DNA of 64,000 nucleotides. Origin: the human T2T-CHM13v2.0 reference genome, Homo sapiens. The notes under the pieces are model-generated. The model worked only from the letters and a program-made list of their open reading frames with translations. It was not told the DNA's origin and ran no database searches. The DNA lies in assembly GCF_009914755.1 (NCBI RefSeq), contig NC_060947.1; one strand, given 5' to 3'. A program made the translations under genes and the position numbers. Each line of letters starts with the position of its first letter. Within the stretch, counting starts at the first letter, position 1. Positions 49,914 through 64,000 of the stretch are shown here, in pieces.

Positions 49914-51489
49914 CTAAGGAAGGTCAAGTAGGAGGCTTTTGCAGAATTCAACCCCTGGGCCATAAGGGCCTAAACTGGAATCTTCATCTCACCAGTTAAA
50001 TAAACAAACCACTCACTGGAGAATATGATCTAATAATTTTTTTCATCCTTAAAGTAATTAGCTGCTTGATGAACATAGGCAATGATTACATGCATTTTTA
50101 TGCATATATTATGAAAAATATGTTATAAGATAGGGTAGCCTGTGAATAGCATGATTTGATGACTGAAATTTTTAGAGACCTGTTGAGTATCTCCACCTGC
50201 TCATCAGATAGCTATTTAACTTATTCCTACATGTTCTCTGCTATCTATATCATTATAATATCATCCAGGTTCTTTTTTAACAGGATCTAGTCATGACTCA
50301 TCAATATAACACAACTAGAGACTCTTGTCTCTCTCATAACCTGTTGTTAATTTCTCCAATGCCATTTTTATGGTTTCCATGTGTTTTGGATTTCCTCAAG
50401 GTTAAAGTCATGTTTATTGCATTTGGGAGTTTGAGGGAGCGTTCTCTGCATCTATGACACATAGACTGTGTCCGCATGGTACCAGACCAGCTGGTCAGTT
50501 CAATCAATAGAGAGCTGGAGACAGGGCTGAAGAGAGAAACTTCATGATATGGTTTGGATGCTTGTCCCCTCCAAATTTCATGTTAAAATGTAATACCCAG
50601 TGTTGGAGGGGACCTGGTGGGAGGTGATTTGGCCATGGACGCGGATCCCTCATGAACGGCTTGGTGCCCTCCCTATGGTAATAAGTTGAATTCTCACTCT
50701 GGGTTCATGTGAGATTTGGTTGTCTACAAGAGTGTGGTGATCTCGGGAACACAGCAAGATGGCGGAATAGAAGCTTACATCATTTGTTCCTCCTGCTAGA
50801 ACACCAAATTTTCACAACTATCTGCACACAGAAAAGCACCCTCACAAGAACCAAAAATCAGGTGAGCAACCACAGCACCTGTTTTTAACTTCATATTGCA
50901 GAAAGAGGCATTGAGGAGGCAGGAGAGACAGTCTTGAATAACTAATGCCACCCCTCTTCCACCCCACAGCAGCAGTTATTTGATGCAGAGACAGAATCTG
51001 TGCACTTTGGGGAGGGAGAACACAGCAACTGGGAGACTTTACATTGAACTCAGGGTTGCCTTGTCACAGCTGAGAGTAAAGCTGTGCAGTGCAAATGCCT
51101 CCAAGGCCAATATTGTCCTGATACCAAAACCAGACAGAGACATATCAAAAAAAGAAAACTACAGGCCAATATCTCTGATGAATATTGGTGCAAAACTCCT
51201 CAACAAAATACTAGCAAACCGAATTCAACAATACATGAAAAAGATCATTCATTATGACCAAGTGGAATTTATCCCAGGGATACAAGAATGGCTCAATATA
51301 CACAAATCAATGTGATGCATCATATCAACAGAATGAAGGACAAAAACTATACGATCATTTTAATTGATGCTGAAGAAGCATTCTGTGAAGTTCAACATCC
51401 CTCAAACCATCAAGTCCCAATTTTTTGATGATGATAAAACTGTCAAAAAACTGGATATAGAAGGAACATACCTTAAGATAAGAAAAGCC

Positions 51490-51670
<181 letters not shown>

Positions 51671-53430
51671 CAAGCCATATAGGGCAGACCCTCGGCAAGT
51701 ATCATATTGAATACAGATGAATTGAAAGCCTTTCCTCTAACATTGGGAACTTGGATGCCCACTTTCACTGCTGTTATTCAACATAGTACTGGAAGTCTTA
51801 GCTAGAGTAATCAGACAAGAGAAAGAAATAAAAGACATCCAAATTAGAAAGGAAAAAGTCAAATTACCCTTTTTTGCAGATGATATGATCTTTCATTTGT
51901 TTTTTTTTAATTTTTTAAATTTTTTTATTTCAATAGTTTTTTGGGGAACAGGTGGTGTTTGGTTATATGAATAAATTCTTTAGTGGTGATTTCTGAGATT
52001 TTGGTACACCCATCACCTTAGCAGTACCCAATGTGTAGTCTTTCATCCTCACCACCCCCCACTCTTCCCCCCAAGTCCCCAAAGTCCAATATATCATTCT
52101 TATGCCTTTGTATCATCATAGTTTAGCTCATCGTATGAGTGAGAACATAGAATATTTGGATTTCCATTCCTGAGTTACTTCACTTAGAATAATAGTTTCC
52201 AATTCCATCCAGGTAGCTGCAAATGTCATTATTTCATTCCTCTTTATGGCTGAGTAGTATTCCATGATGTGTGTGTGTATATATATATATGCCACATTTT
52301 CTTTATCCAATTGTTGATTGATGGGCACTTACATTAGTTCCATATTTTTGCAATTGCAAATTGTGCTGCTATAAACATGCATGTGCAAGTGCCTTTTTTG
52401 TGTAATGACTTCCTCTCCTCTGGGTAGATACCCAGTAGTGGGATTGCTGGATCAAACGATAGATCTACTTTGATTTCTTTAAGGAATCTCCACACTGTTT
52501 TCCATTTTTCCATAGTGGTTGTACTAGTTTACATTCCCACCAACAGTGTAAAAGTGTTCCTTTTTCACTTTATCCATGCCAACATCTATTATTTTTTGAT
52601 TTTTTGATTATGATCATTCTTGCAGGAGTGAGGTGGTATTGCACTGTGGTTTTAATTTGCATTTCCCTGATCATTAGTGATGCTGAGCATTTTTCCATAT
52701 GCTTGTTGGCCATTTGTATATCTTCTTTTGAGAATTGTCTATTCATGTCCTTAGCGCACTTTTTGATGGGATTGTTTTATTTTTCTTGCTGATTTGTTTG
52801 AGTTCTTTGTAGATTCTGGACATTAGTCCTTTGTTGGATGTATAGGTTGTGAAGACTTTCTCCCACTCTGTGGGTTGTCTGTTAACTCTGCTGATTATTT
52901 CTTTTGCTATGCAGAAGCTTTTTAGTTTAATTAAGTCCCATCTATTCACCTTTGTTTTTGTTGCATTTGCTTTTGGGTTCTTGGTCACAAAGTCTTTGCC
53001 TAAGCCAATGTCTAAAAGGGTTTTTCTGATGTTATCTTCTAGAATCTTTATGGTTTCAGGTCTTAGCTTTAAGTCTCAGATCCATCCTGAGTTGATTTTT
53101 GTTTAAGGTGAGAGATGAGGATCCAGTTTCATTCTTCTACATGTGGCTTGCCAGTTATCCCAACACCATTAGTTGAATATGGTATCTTTCCCCAGTTTAT
53201 GTTTTTGTTTGCTTTGTTGAAGAACAGTTGGCTGTAAGTATATGGCTTTGTTTCTGGGTTCTCTATTCTGTTCCATTGGTCTATGTGCCTATTTTTATAC
53301 CAGAACCATGCTGTTTTGATGATTATGTACTTGTAGTATAGTTTGAAGTCAGGTAATGTGATGCCTCTAGATTTGTTCTTTTTGCTTAGTCTTGCTTTGG
53401 CTATGCAGGCTCTTTTTTGGTTCCATATAA

Positions 53431-53769
<339 letters not shown>

Positions 53770-56317
53770 TAGTTCTGTGAAGAATGAAGGTGGTGTTTTC
53801 ATGGGAATTGCATTGAATTTGTATATTGCTTTTTCACAATACTGATTATACCCATCCGTGAGCATGGGATGTGTTTCTATTTGTTTGTGTCATCTATGAT
53901 TTCTTTCAGCAATGTTTTGTAGTTTTTCTTGTAGAGGTCTTTCATGTCCTTGGTTAGGTATATTCCTAAGTATTTAATATTTTTGCAGCTATTGTGAAAG
54001 GGATTGAGTTCTTGATTTGATGCTCAGCTTGGTCACTGTTGGTGTATAGCAGAGCTACTGATTTACGTACATTAATTTTGTATCCTGAAACTTTGCTGAA
54101 TTTATTTATCAGTTCTAGGAGCTTTTTAGAGGAGCCTTTAAAGTTTTCTAGGTATACAATCATATCATTAGCAAACAGCGACAGTTTGACTTCCTCTTTA
54201 CTGATTTGGATGCCCTTGATTTATTTCTCTTGTCTGATTGCTCTGGCTAGGACTGCCATTACTATGTTGAATAAAAGTGGTGAAAGTAGGCATTCTTGTC
54301 TTGTTTCAGTTGTCAGGGGGACTGCTTTCATCTTTTCCCTGTTCAGTATAATGTTGGCTGTGGTTTTGTCATAATGGCTTTTATTACCTTAAGGTATGTC
54401 TCTTCTATGCTGATTTTGTTGAGGGTTTTAATTATAAAGGAATGCTGGATTTTGTCAAATGCTTTTTGTGCAGCTATTGAGATGATCATGTGATTTTTGT
54501 TTTTAATTCTGTTTATGTGGTGTATCACGTTTATTGACTTATGTATGTTAAACTATCCCTGAATCCCTAGTATGAAACCCACTTGGTCATGGTGGATCAT
54601 CTTTTTGATATGCCACTGGATTTGGTTCACTAGTATTTTATTGAGGATATTTGCATCTATGTTCATCAGGGACATTTTTCTGTAGTTTTCTTTTTTTGTT
54701 ATGTCCTTCCCTGGTTTTTGTATTAGATTGTTACTGGTTTCATAAAATGATTTAGAGAGGATTCCCTTTTTCTGTATCTTTTGGAATAATGTCAATAGGA
54801 TTGGTACCAATTCGTCTTTGAATATCTGATAAAATTCAGCTGTGAATCCATTTGGTCCTGGACTTTTTTCTGTTAGTAATTTTTAAATTACCATTTCAAT
54901 CTTGCTGCTTGTTATTGGTCTGTTCAAAGATTTTATATCTTCCTCTTTAAACTAGGAGGGTTGTATTTTTCCAGGAATTTATCCATCTCCTCTACGTTTT
55001 CTGGTTTATGCGTGTAAGGGTATTCATAGTAGCCTTGAATACTCTTTTTTATTTCTGTGGTATCAGTTGTAATATCTCCTGTTTTGTTTCTAATTGAGTT
55101 TATTTGGATCTTCTCTCTTCTTTCATTTGTTAATCCTGCTAATGGTCTATCAATTGTATTTATCTTTTCAAAGAACCGGCTTTTTGTTTCATTTACCTTT
55201 CATATTTTTTTGTTTCAATTTCATTTAGTTCTGCTCTGATCTTCGTTATTTCCTTTCTTCTGCTGGGTTTGGTTTTGGATTGTTCTTGTTTCTCCAGTCC
55301 ATGAAGTGTGATTTCAGATTGTCTATTTGTGCTCTTTCAGACTTTTTGATGTAAGCATTTCATGCTATGAACTTTCCTCTTTCCTTTTGCTGTATCTCAG
55401 AAGTTTTGATAGGTTGTGTCACTGTTATCATTCAGTTCAAATAATTTTTAAATTTCCATCTTGATTTCACTGTTGACACAATGATCATTCAGGAGCAGGT
55501 TATTTAATTCCCATGTATTTGCATGGTTTTGAGGGTTCCTTTTGGAGTTGATTTTTAATATTATTCCACTGTGGTCTAAGAGTACTTGATATAATTTTGA
55601 TTTTCTTAAATTTACTGGGACTTGTTTTGTGGCCTATCATATGGTCTATCTTGGAAAATGTTCCATGTGCTGATGAATAGAATGTATATTCTGCAGTTGT
55701 TGGGTAGAATGTTTTGTAAATATCCATTAAGTCCATTTGTTCTAGAGTAGAGTTTAAGTCCATTGTTTCTTTGTTGACTTTCTGTCTTGATGACCTGTTT
55801 AGTGCTGTCAATGAAGCATTAAAGTCTCCCACTATTATTGTGTTGCTATCTCATTTCTTAGGTCTAGTGGTAATTGTTTTATAAATTTGGGAGCTCCAGT
55901 ATTAGGTGCATATGTATTTAAAATTGTGATATTTTCCTGTTGGACTAGTCCTTTTATCATCATCTAATGTCCCTCTTTGTCTTTTTTAACTGCTGTTGCT
56001 TTAAAGTTTGTTTTGTCTGATGTAAGAATAGCTACTCCTGCTCGCTTTTGGTGTTTATTTGCATGGAACATCTTTTTCCACCCCTTTACCTTAAGTTTAT
56101 GTGAGTCCTTATGTGTTAGGTGAGTCTCTTGAAGACAACAGAAACTTGGTTGGTGAATTCTTATCCATACTGACGTTCTATATATTTTAAGTGGAGCATT
56201 TAGGCCATTTACCTTCAATGTTAGTATTGAGTTGTGAGGTACTATTATATTCATCATGTTATTTGTTGCCTGAATTGTTATATAGGTCCTGCGAGATTTA
56301 TGCTTTAAAGATGTTCT

Positions 56318-56659
<342 letters not shown>

Positions 56660-59600
56660 TTAGAGCTCCTTTTAGCAGTTCTTGTAGTGCTGGCTTTGTA
56701 GTGGTGAATTCTCTCAGCATTTGTTTGTCTGGAAAAGACTGTATTTTTTTTTTTTTTCATTTATGAAGCTTAGTTTTGCTGGACCCAAAATTCTTGGCTG
56801 ATAATTGTTTTGTTTAAGGAGGCTAAAGATAGGATACCAAGCCCTTCTAGCTTGTAGGGTTTCTGCTGAGAAATCTGCTATTAATCTGATAGGTTTTCTT
56901 TTTATAGGTTACCTGATGCTTTTGCTACACAACCCTTAAGATTCTTTCATTTGTCATGACATTAGATAACCTGATGAGTATGTGCCTGGGTGATTTGCAA
57001 TGAATTTCCCAGGTGTTCCTCGAGCTTCTTGTATTTGGATGTCTAGGTCTCTAGCAAGGCCAGCAAAGTTTTCCTTGATTATTCCCTCAAATATGTTTTC
57101 CAAGCTCTTAGATTTATTCCTCAGGAACACTGATTATTCTTAACTTTTGACTTTTAACATAGTCCCAAACTTCTTGGAGGCTTTGCTCATTTTTTTAAAA
57201 ATTCTTTTTTCTTTGTCTTTGACAGATTGGGTTAATTTGAAAGGCTTGCCTTTGAGCTCTAAGTTTCTTTCTTTTGCTTGTTCAATTCTATTGCCGAGAC
57301 TTTCCAGTGCATTTTGCATTTTTCTATGTGTGCCCTTGATTTCCAGAAGTTGTGATTGCTTTTTATTTATGCTATCTCTTTCACTGGAGAGTTTTCCTTT
57401 CATATCCTATATCATGTTTTTTATTTCTTTAATTTTATTTATTTTTATTTCACCTTTCTCTGGTGCCTACTTGATTAGCTTAATAATTGACCTTCTGAAA
57501 TTTTTTTCTGGCAATTCGGAGATTTCATTTTGATTTGGATCCATTGCTGGTGAGCTGGTATGATCTTTGGGAGTGTTAAAGAAACTTGTTTTGTCATATT
57601 ACCAGAATTGTCTTTCTGGTTTCTTCTCATTTGGGTAGACTATGTCAGGTGGAAGATCTGGAATTCAAGGGCTGCTGTTCAGATTCTTTTGTCCCACGGG
57701 GAACTCCCTTGATTTGGTGTTCTCCTCCTTCCGCTAGGAATGGGGCTTCCTAAGAGCTGAAGTGTAGTGATTGCTTTTGCTCTTCTGGGTCTAGCCACCC
57801 AGCAGAGCTACCATGCTGCAGGCTGGCACTGGAGAGTGTCTGCAATGAGTCCTGTGATGTGATCCATCTTCAGGTCTTGTAGCCATGGATACCAGCATCT
57901 GCTCTGGTGGAGTTAGCAGGGGAGTGAAGTGGACTCTGTGAGAGTCCTTGGTTGTGTTTTTGTTTAGTGCACTGGTTTTGTGTTGGCTGGCCTCCAGTGA
58001 GGAGTTGGTGCTTTCAAGGAGGCATTAGCCACAGTCTTATAGGGAGGATGCAAACTTGCCCTAGGGACACCTAGTTTCTCAGGTATTCAGGTATTCAGGT
58101 TTCTCAGGCAGTGGCAGGGCCATAGAGTTCCCAAGAGATTATGACCTTTGTCTTCGGCTACCAGACTACCAGGGCAGGTAGAGAAAAACCACCAGTTGGG
58201 GGCAGGGATAGAGGTGTCTGAGCTCAGCTGCTCCTTGAGTTGGACTTGCTGTGGCTGCTGTGGGGGCTGAGAGTGTGGTTCCCAGTCCATTGGAGTTATA
58301 TTCCAAGGGGGATAATGATTCCATTAAAAAGTGGGCAAAAGATTTGAATAGACATTTCTCAAAAGAAGACATACGAATGTCAAACAGGCATATCAATAGG
58401 TGTTCAATATCATTGATCATTAGAGAAATGCAAATCAAAACTACAATGAAATGTCATCTCATCCCAGTTAAAATGGCTTTTATCCAAATGTCAGGGAATA
58501 ACAAATGCTGGAGAGGATATAGAGAAAAGGACCCCTTGGGGACTGTTGGTTGGAGTGTAAATGATTTGAACCACTACGGAGAAGAGTTAGGAGGTTCCTC
58601 AAAAAACTAAAAATAGAGCTACCATATAGTTTAGCAATTCCACTGCTGAATATATACCTAAAAGAAAGGAATTCAGTATATTGAAGAGATATCTGCACAC
58701 ACATGTTTGTTGCAGCACTGTTCACAATAGCCAAGATTTGGAAGCAAGCTAAATGTCCATCAACAGATGAATGGAGAAAGAAAATGTGGCACAACAGAGT
58801 ACTATTCAGCCATAAAAAAGAATGAGATCTTGTCACTTGCAACAACATGGATGGAACTGGGGGTCATTATGTTAAGTGAAATAAGCCAGGCACAGAAAGA
58901 CAACTATTACATATTCTCACATATCTGTGAGATGTAAAATTCAAAACAGTTGAACTTGTGGAGATAGAGAGTAGAAGAATGGTTGCCACAGACTAGAAAG
59001 GATAGTGGGGGGCAGCAGGAGTGGGCATGGTTAATGAGTACAAAAATGTAGTTAGAATAATGGATGAGACCTAGTATTTGTTAGCACAACAAGGAGATTA
59101 TAATCAGTAATAATTTAATTGTACATTTAAAAATAACTAAAAACACATAATTGGATTGTTTGTAACACAAAGGATAAATGCTTGAGGGGATGGATACTTC
59201 GTTTTCCATGTGATTATTACCCACTGAATGCCTATACCAAAATATCTCATGTACCCCATAAATATACACACCTACTATACACCCACATAATTTTTAAAAT
59301 AAAATTTTAAATAAATTAATAAACTATTGAAAAAAGAATGTGACACCTTCCCCACCTCTCACTGGATCCCTATCTCACCATATGACATCCTGGTTTCCCC
59401 TTCACCTTCTGCCGTGGTTGTAAGTTTCCTAAGTCCTCACCAGAAGCTTCCTGAGTTTTCACCAGAAGCCAGCATCATGCTTATACAGCCTGCAGAAACG
59501 TGAGCCCATTAAACTTTTTTTCTTTATAAATTACCCAGCTTCAGATTTTTTTATAGCAATGCAAAAATGGCCTAATACACTTCAGAACCTGGAAGATTAG

Positions 59601-59699
59601 CAGTGAGAAATAAAATCAGTTAAGTTGATGACTTCTAGTATTTCACTACATGGTTGTTTTGCCAAAATGAAGGCAATATCAGTGTCTTCACACTTAAAA

Positions 59700-59900
59700 A
59701 GTAGTATATTGAACTTTGAGGTGAAAGAGCTGGGGTTTAAATTTGTACTTTACCAATTATTGAGATAAGTGTCCTTGAGCAAGTTACTTGCTTTCTCTGA
59801 TCTTTAGTTTTCTTATTTGTGAAATTGGAAATGGTGGTGTTTCAGAGGGGGGTTGTATATAAACTTTGTAAACTATAGAGTGCTGTACAAAGGTAACCTG
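59700..59900. mobile_element. MIR relic
   Basis: ccttgagcaagttacttgctttctctga...tttgtgaaattgg. Confidence 0.6.
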
Positions 59901-60319
59901 CTAGTATAATTGTTTGCAGTCGTTTTAGTCATGTGGTACTTAAAGAGGCAGCAGAGCCTACCAGAATAATAGAGCCAATCCTTATTGGCTGTGGCCCCCA
60001 ACCTGAACCACTCAAATAGTTCCAGTTAGCACCATTTTCTCTGATTCTTGCTGTAGAGTCCCTTGAAGGTTAAGTAAATGTGGGGGTAGTTTGACTATAT
60101 AGTGAAGGGCTAGTTTGACTTTATAATGAATTGTCCTGGGAGTCCTTGAGTTCATTGTTTTCCCTAACTTGGCTAGAACCTCAAAATATCTGACATTCAA
60201 AGATGTTTGGATGATAGGCAAATAGAAATTTTTACTAGGTTCCAGATAAAGAGCAACTGAAGGTATGGATGAATCACAGGGTACCCTGACTCAAATTTTT
60301 GCAGAGAAATTCCATTCAG

Positions 60320-60510
60320 GGGGCAGTGTGGTATGGTAAAAAGAATAGTGGATTTAGAACAAAATGGGCCACAGTTTGAATCCTGTATTGATCTGCTATC
60401 TGAGGCTCAGTTTTTTCATCTGTAAAACGGGGGCTATATTAGGACCTACCTCATAGACTTTATGTGAAAATTAAATTGAAGAACACATGTACAAGGGTCT
60501 TGCACAATGT
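60320..60510. mobile_element. MIR relic
   Basis: gcagtgtggtatggtaaaaaga...ctcagttttttcatctgtaaaacgggg. Confidence 0.65.
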
Positions 60511-62499
60511 CTGCAAATACTAGTTTCTTTTCTCAAGGACACATTTCCCAGGTACAGTGTTGCCATATGTTTTCAGGACCTTTTCTTTTACAGGCCTCCA
60601 AGTCCTGTGGATTTTATAGTATTGGAAGCATTTGGAAGGTTCTGAGACTCACTGTAATAAATAATACTGCTAAGAATAAAATACTTGAGAATCTGTGGAC
60701 TCAGTTCTTGCTATATACTTTTTAAAAGTATAATGTGTGCAACCATATATAGGCTACAAATTTTATACAATGCCTGAGACTGAAATTTGAGGTTTTCCAT
60801 GATCTGGCCCTACCTAGCGTGAATTTGATTTTCCAGTAATCCTCTGAATGGTGTTCAGGTCAAACTGGTGTATTCATTGTTCCCAATCATGCTAAGCACG
60901 TTCCTACTTCTGCATCTTTGCTCAAGCTTTCCCCGTCTCTTGAATTTCTTTCTTCTCCCTTTGTACTGTGTACAACCTTCATTCTTGAGACCTAGCTTCA
61001 GGATTGCCTGCTTCATAGAGCCTTGCCTGACCACCTCATCTCCCAGGAGATCATTTGTGCCTCTGAACTCTTACAGCATTATTATTACCTATGCTGGTTG
61101 AATGGAAGGGTTGGTTGGATGAATGGCCAATGTTTACACTGATCTAGAACCAACCTGAGTCTGTGGGCAAGAGAGTCTGCTGGAGGGGAAAGCCTCCTTC
61201 ATGTTTTATTCATAAGAAAATATAAGCATGATTTCGTCAGCTGGAGTATAATTCTCCTGAGAGCAGAGGAAGTATGCAAGCATATAGGAAAGGTGTAATG
61301 GTGTTGCGCCAAAACTAACATACATATCCTGTTGTTTAGAAGAAAATGTACCTTTTAAAACAATAGCACATATTTCCAAATTGGACCCCAAACAATACCT
61401 TTTGTGTGAGGTTGATAGTCATCTTTTAGCAATAAATGCATGATTGTACTCTAAGCATTTGCATTTAATTTTGTATGTAGAAGGAACGAGCACACATATT
61501 CTGAGCATTTATTGGCACCAAGCACTTTTCCAGGTAGCTTTACAAATTCTGTCACTGAAGCCCTTGCCATAGACTACTTTGAAATAGTTACTTGTGTTCT
61601 CGCCAGTGTTATTCACCTTTTTCTTCCTCCCAACATTTGGCACAGTGCCTGGCATATAGTAGGTACTAAATAAATGTTGAACAAATGAATTCATGCATAA
61701 ATGAATGAAATCATGCAAGGCTCAAAATGTAGCCTTTAATGCCTTCCAAGTTTTCTTCCATAAATGCACAAAGTAAGCCCCCATTTAACGTTTTAGTCGT
61801 CGAAGACAAAAAGTCCCATGTCTTTCAGCCAGTCATTGCAATGTCCTTTTGTGCTTGGCTTTATGAAGTTGTTAAAAAAAAGTTTTCCTTGGAAAACGTT
61901 CACCAAGAAACTACCTAATGGGGGCCAGCTGCAGCTCCAGGTTTTATGAACACTTTGATAGAAACCACATTAAATAGCAACACTAGTTCACACATTAATT
62001 TTGTCATGTTAAATTCCAGCTTGGGCACGTAGGGAGTTCATGAGATATTGACTTTTCATCATCGTCATTGCAGAAAATATGATTTTTTTTTCTGGCTCAG
62101 CCATTAGCAGACATAATGAAGTAGAATAGTCTCAAAGTGCCTTAAGAAAACTCAATCTGGTCACACGTTTTTCTGGCTTTGGAGTTCAGTGAAGCAGGTG
62201 AGGGTCAAGGATTACCAGAGAAATACTCAAATCGTTCCCTAAGTGGCAGTGGAAGTTGGACTCTTTCTTCTCATTGCAAACTTTGGTAGCTGTGTGGCCT
62301 CACTAGTACTGGTAGATTTTTTTTTCTTTTGCTGATTGCCACTGCTTTGTTATTTTCTTCTGGTGCAATATCTGAACTTCATTGGCTACAGATATCTCAC
62401 TCTTTTGCTTCTATTGGCACCCAAGTTGGAGAGGGTACAAATGACCCAGTCACCACTTAATAGATTCATATGGACAAAAAAAGGTGTATCATTTGAGCT

Positions 62500-62840
62500 G
62501 CAGAAACCTAGAGTAGTACCCTGATTCTGCCATGGGCTAGCTGTGTGGTATAGGTAAATTGCTTAAGTTGGAAGAACTTCAGTTTCTTCATTTGTCAAAG
62601 TGGGTTGTTGATCTGGGTTGAACAGTGGGTAAGAACATAGGTTTGGAGCCAAACAGTTCTGGATTTGTCTCTTAGCTCCATTTCCTACTAATTGTGTGAC
62701 TTTCTCTAAACTTCAGAACTGTCATCTGTAAATTGGGGATGAATAGTTCACAGGGCTGTGGTGAGGATTAAATGAGAGAATGCATATAAAGTTTCTGACA
62801 CATAGTAGGCACACAATGAGAGCTATTATGATTATTTTAT
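62500..62840. mobile_element. Two adjacent MIR relics
   Basis: cagtttcttcatttgtcaaag; catctgtaaattgggga...gtgaggattaaatgaga. Confidence 0.65.
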
Positions 62841-62909
62841 AAGAAATACAAAACAGGGGAGGGTTATGGCTGACTGTTGCAGAAGTTTCTGATGAAAAAA
62901 TACCCCGAT

Positions 62910-63105
62910 TTAGTGGTTTTCAATGACGGGCAAATTTGACTCCCTAGAGCACATTTGCCAATGTCCAGAGACATTTTTCATTTTCATTGCTTGGTGGAAG
63001 TGTTGCTGTTATACAGTGAATAGATGCCAGGGGTTTTGCTGAACATCTTACAATACACAGAGAAGCCCCTCACTACCCCCAACAAGTAATTATCCACTAC
63101 AAAAT
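62910..63105 (+). mobile_element. MER20 DNA transposon interrupted by L1
   Basis: agtggttttcaa...cacatttgccaatgtccagagacatt...ccactacaaaatgt. Confidence 0.75.
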
Positions 63106-63106
63106 G

Positions 63107-64000
63107 TTTTTTTTTTCTTGATTTCCAGCTTTTATTTTAAGTTCAGGAGTACATGTGCAGGATGTGCAGGTTTGTTACATAGGTAAACATGTGCTATGGT
63201 GGTGCACAGATCATCCCATCAACTAGGCTAATAAGCCCAGCATCCATTAGCTATTCTTCCTGAAGCTCTCCATCCTCCCCCAGTCCACCCTCTGACAGGT
63301 CCCAGTATGCATTGTTTCCCTCCCTGTGTCCATGTGTTCTCGTCATTCAGCTCCCACTTATAAGTGAGAACATGCAGTGTTTGGTTTTTTGTTCCTGCAT
63401 TAGTTTGCTGAGGATAACAGCTTCCAGCTCCATCCATGTCCCTGCAAAGGGCATGATCTTGTTCCTTTCTATGGCTGCATAGTATTCCATGGTGTACATA
63501 TATGACATTTTCTTTATGCAGTCTATCATTGATGGACATTTAGGTTGATTCCATGTCTTTGCTTTTGTGAATAGTGCTACAGTGAACATACATATGCATG
63601 TATCTTTATAATAGAATGATTTATATTTCTTTGGGTATATACCCAGTAATGGGATAGCTGGGTCAAATGGTCTTTCTGCCTCTAGGTCTTTGAGGAATCT
63701 CTACACTGTCTTCCCCAGTGGTTGAACTAATTTACACTCCCACCAACAGTGTGAAGGCATTCCTTTTTGTCCACCACCTCGCCAGCATGTGTTGTTTGTT
63801 GAGTTTTTAATAGTAGCCATTCTGAATGATGTGAGATGGTATCTGAATGTAGTTTTGATTTGCATTTCTCTAACGATCAGGGATGTTGAGCTTTTTTTCA
63901 TGTTTGTTGGCTGCATGTATGTCTTTTGAGAAGTGTCTGTTCATGTCCTTTGCCCACTTTTTAATGAGGTTATGTTTTTTCTTCTGAATTTAAGTTGCTT
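63107..64000 (-). mobile_element. L1PA10-like 3' portion (runs off window)
   Basis: gtacatgtgcaggatgtgcaggtttgttacatagg; ORF2 C-terminal ORFs [19 protein letters not shown]. Confidence 0.9.

Noticed and set aside
59425-59470. ~22-bp imperfect duplication (tcaccagaagc)
   Set aside because: Old diverged micro-duplication inside the MST LTR with no functional indication

Overview
Primate (almost certainly human/great-ape) AT-rich, CpG-depleted intergenic or intronic DNA, with more than half of it transposon-derived. I recognise no cellular protein-coding gene, RNA gene, CpG island or CRISPR array. Most listed ORFs are Alu/L1 read-through or chance. Main contents: about 20 Alus; a full-length L1PA7-like LINE (11.7-19.6 kb) with dead ORF1/ORF2 but an open antisense ORF0 homolog and nested Alu and MER11 LTR; a four-level nested stack (MST LTR > L1MA2 > L1PB1 > Alus, 50.5-59.6 kb); MLT1/LTR33 LTRs; MER20/MER1A/MER5A DNA transposons; and MIR/L2 relics. 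The most notable observations are the ORF0 with an in-phase splice donor facing candidate minus-strand exons at 348-417 and <=223, an ancient diverged direct duplication hidden by Alu insertions (2.45-3.3 kb vs 5.5-5.7 kb), a perfect 38-bp tandem duplication inside a MIR, and several deletion junctions at TE insertions. Subfamily names come from recalled consensus motifs and boundaries of old elements are approximate. No new biological system is demonstrable from the sequence alone.
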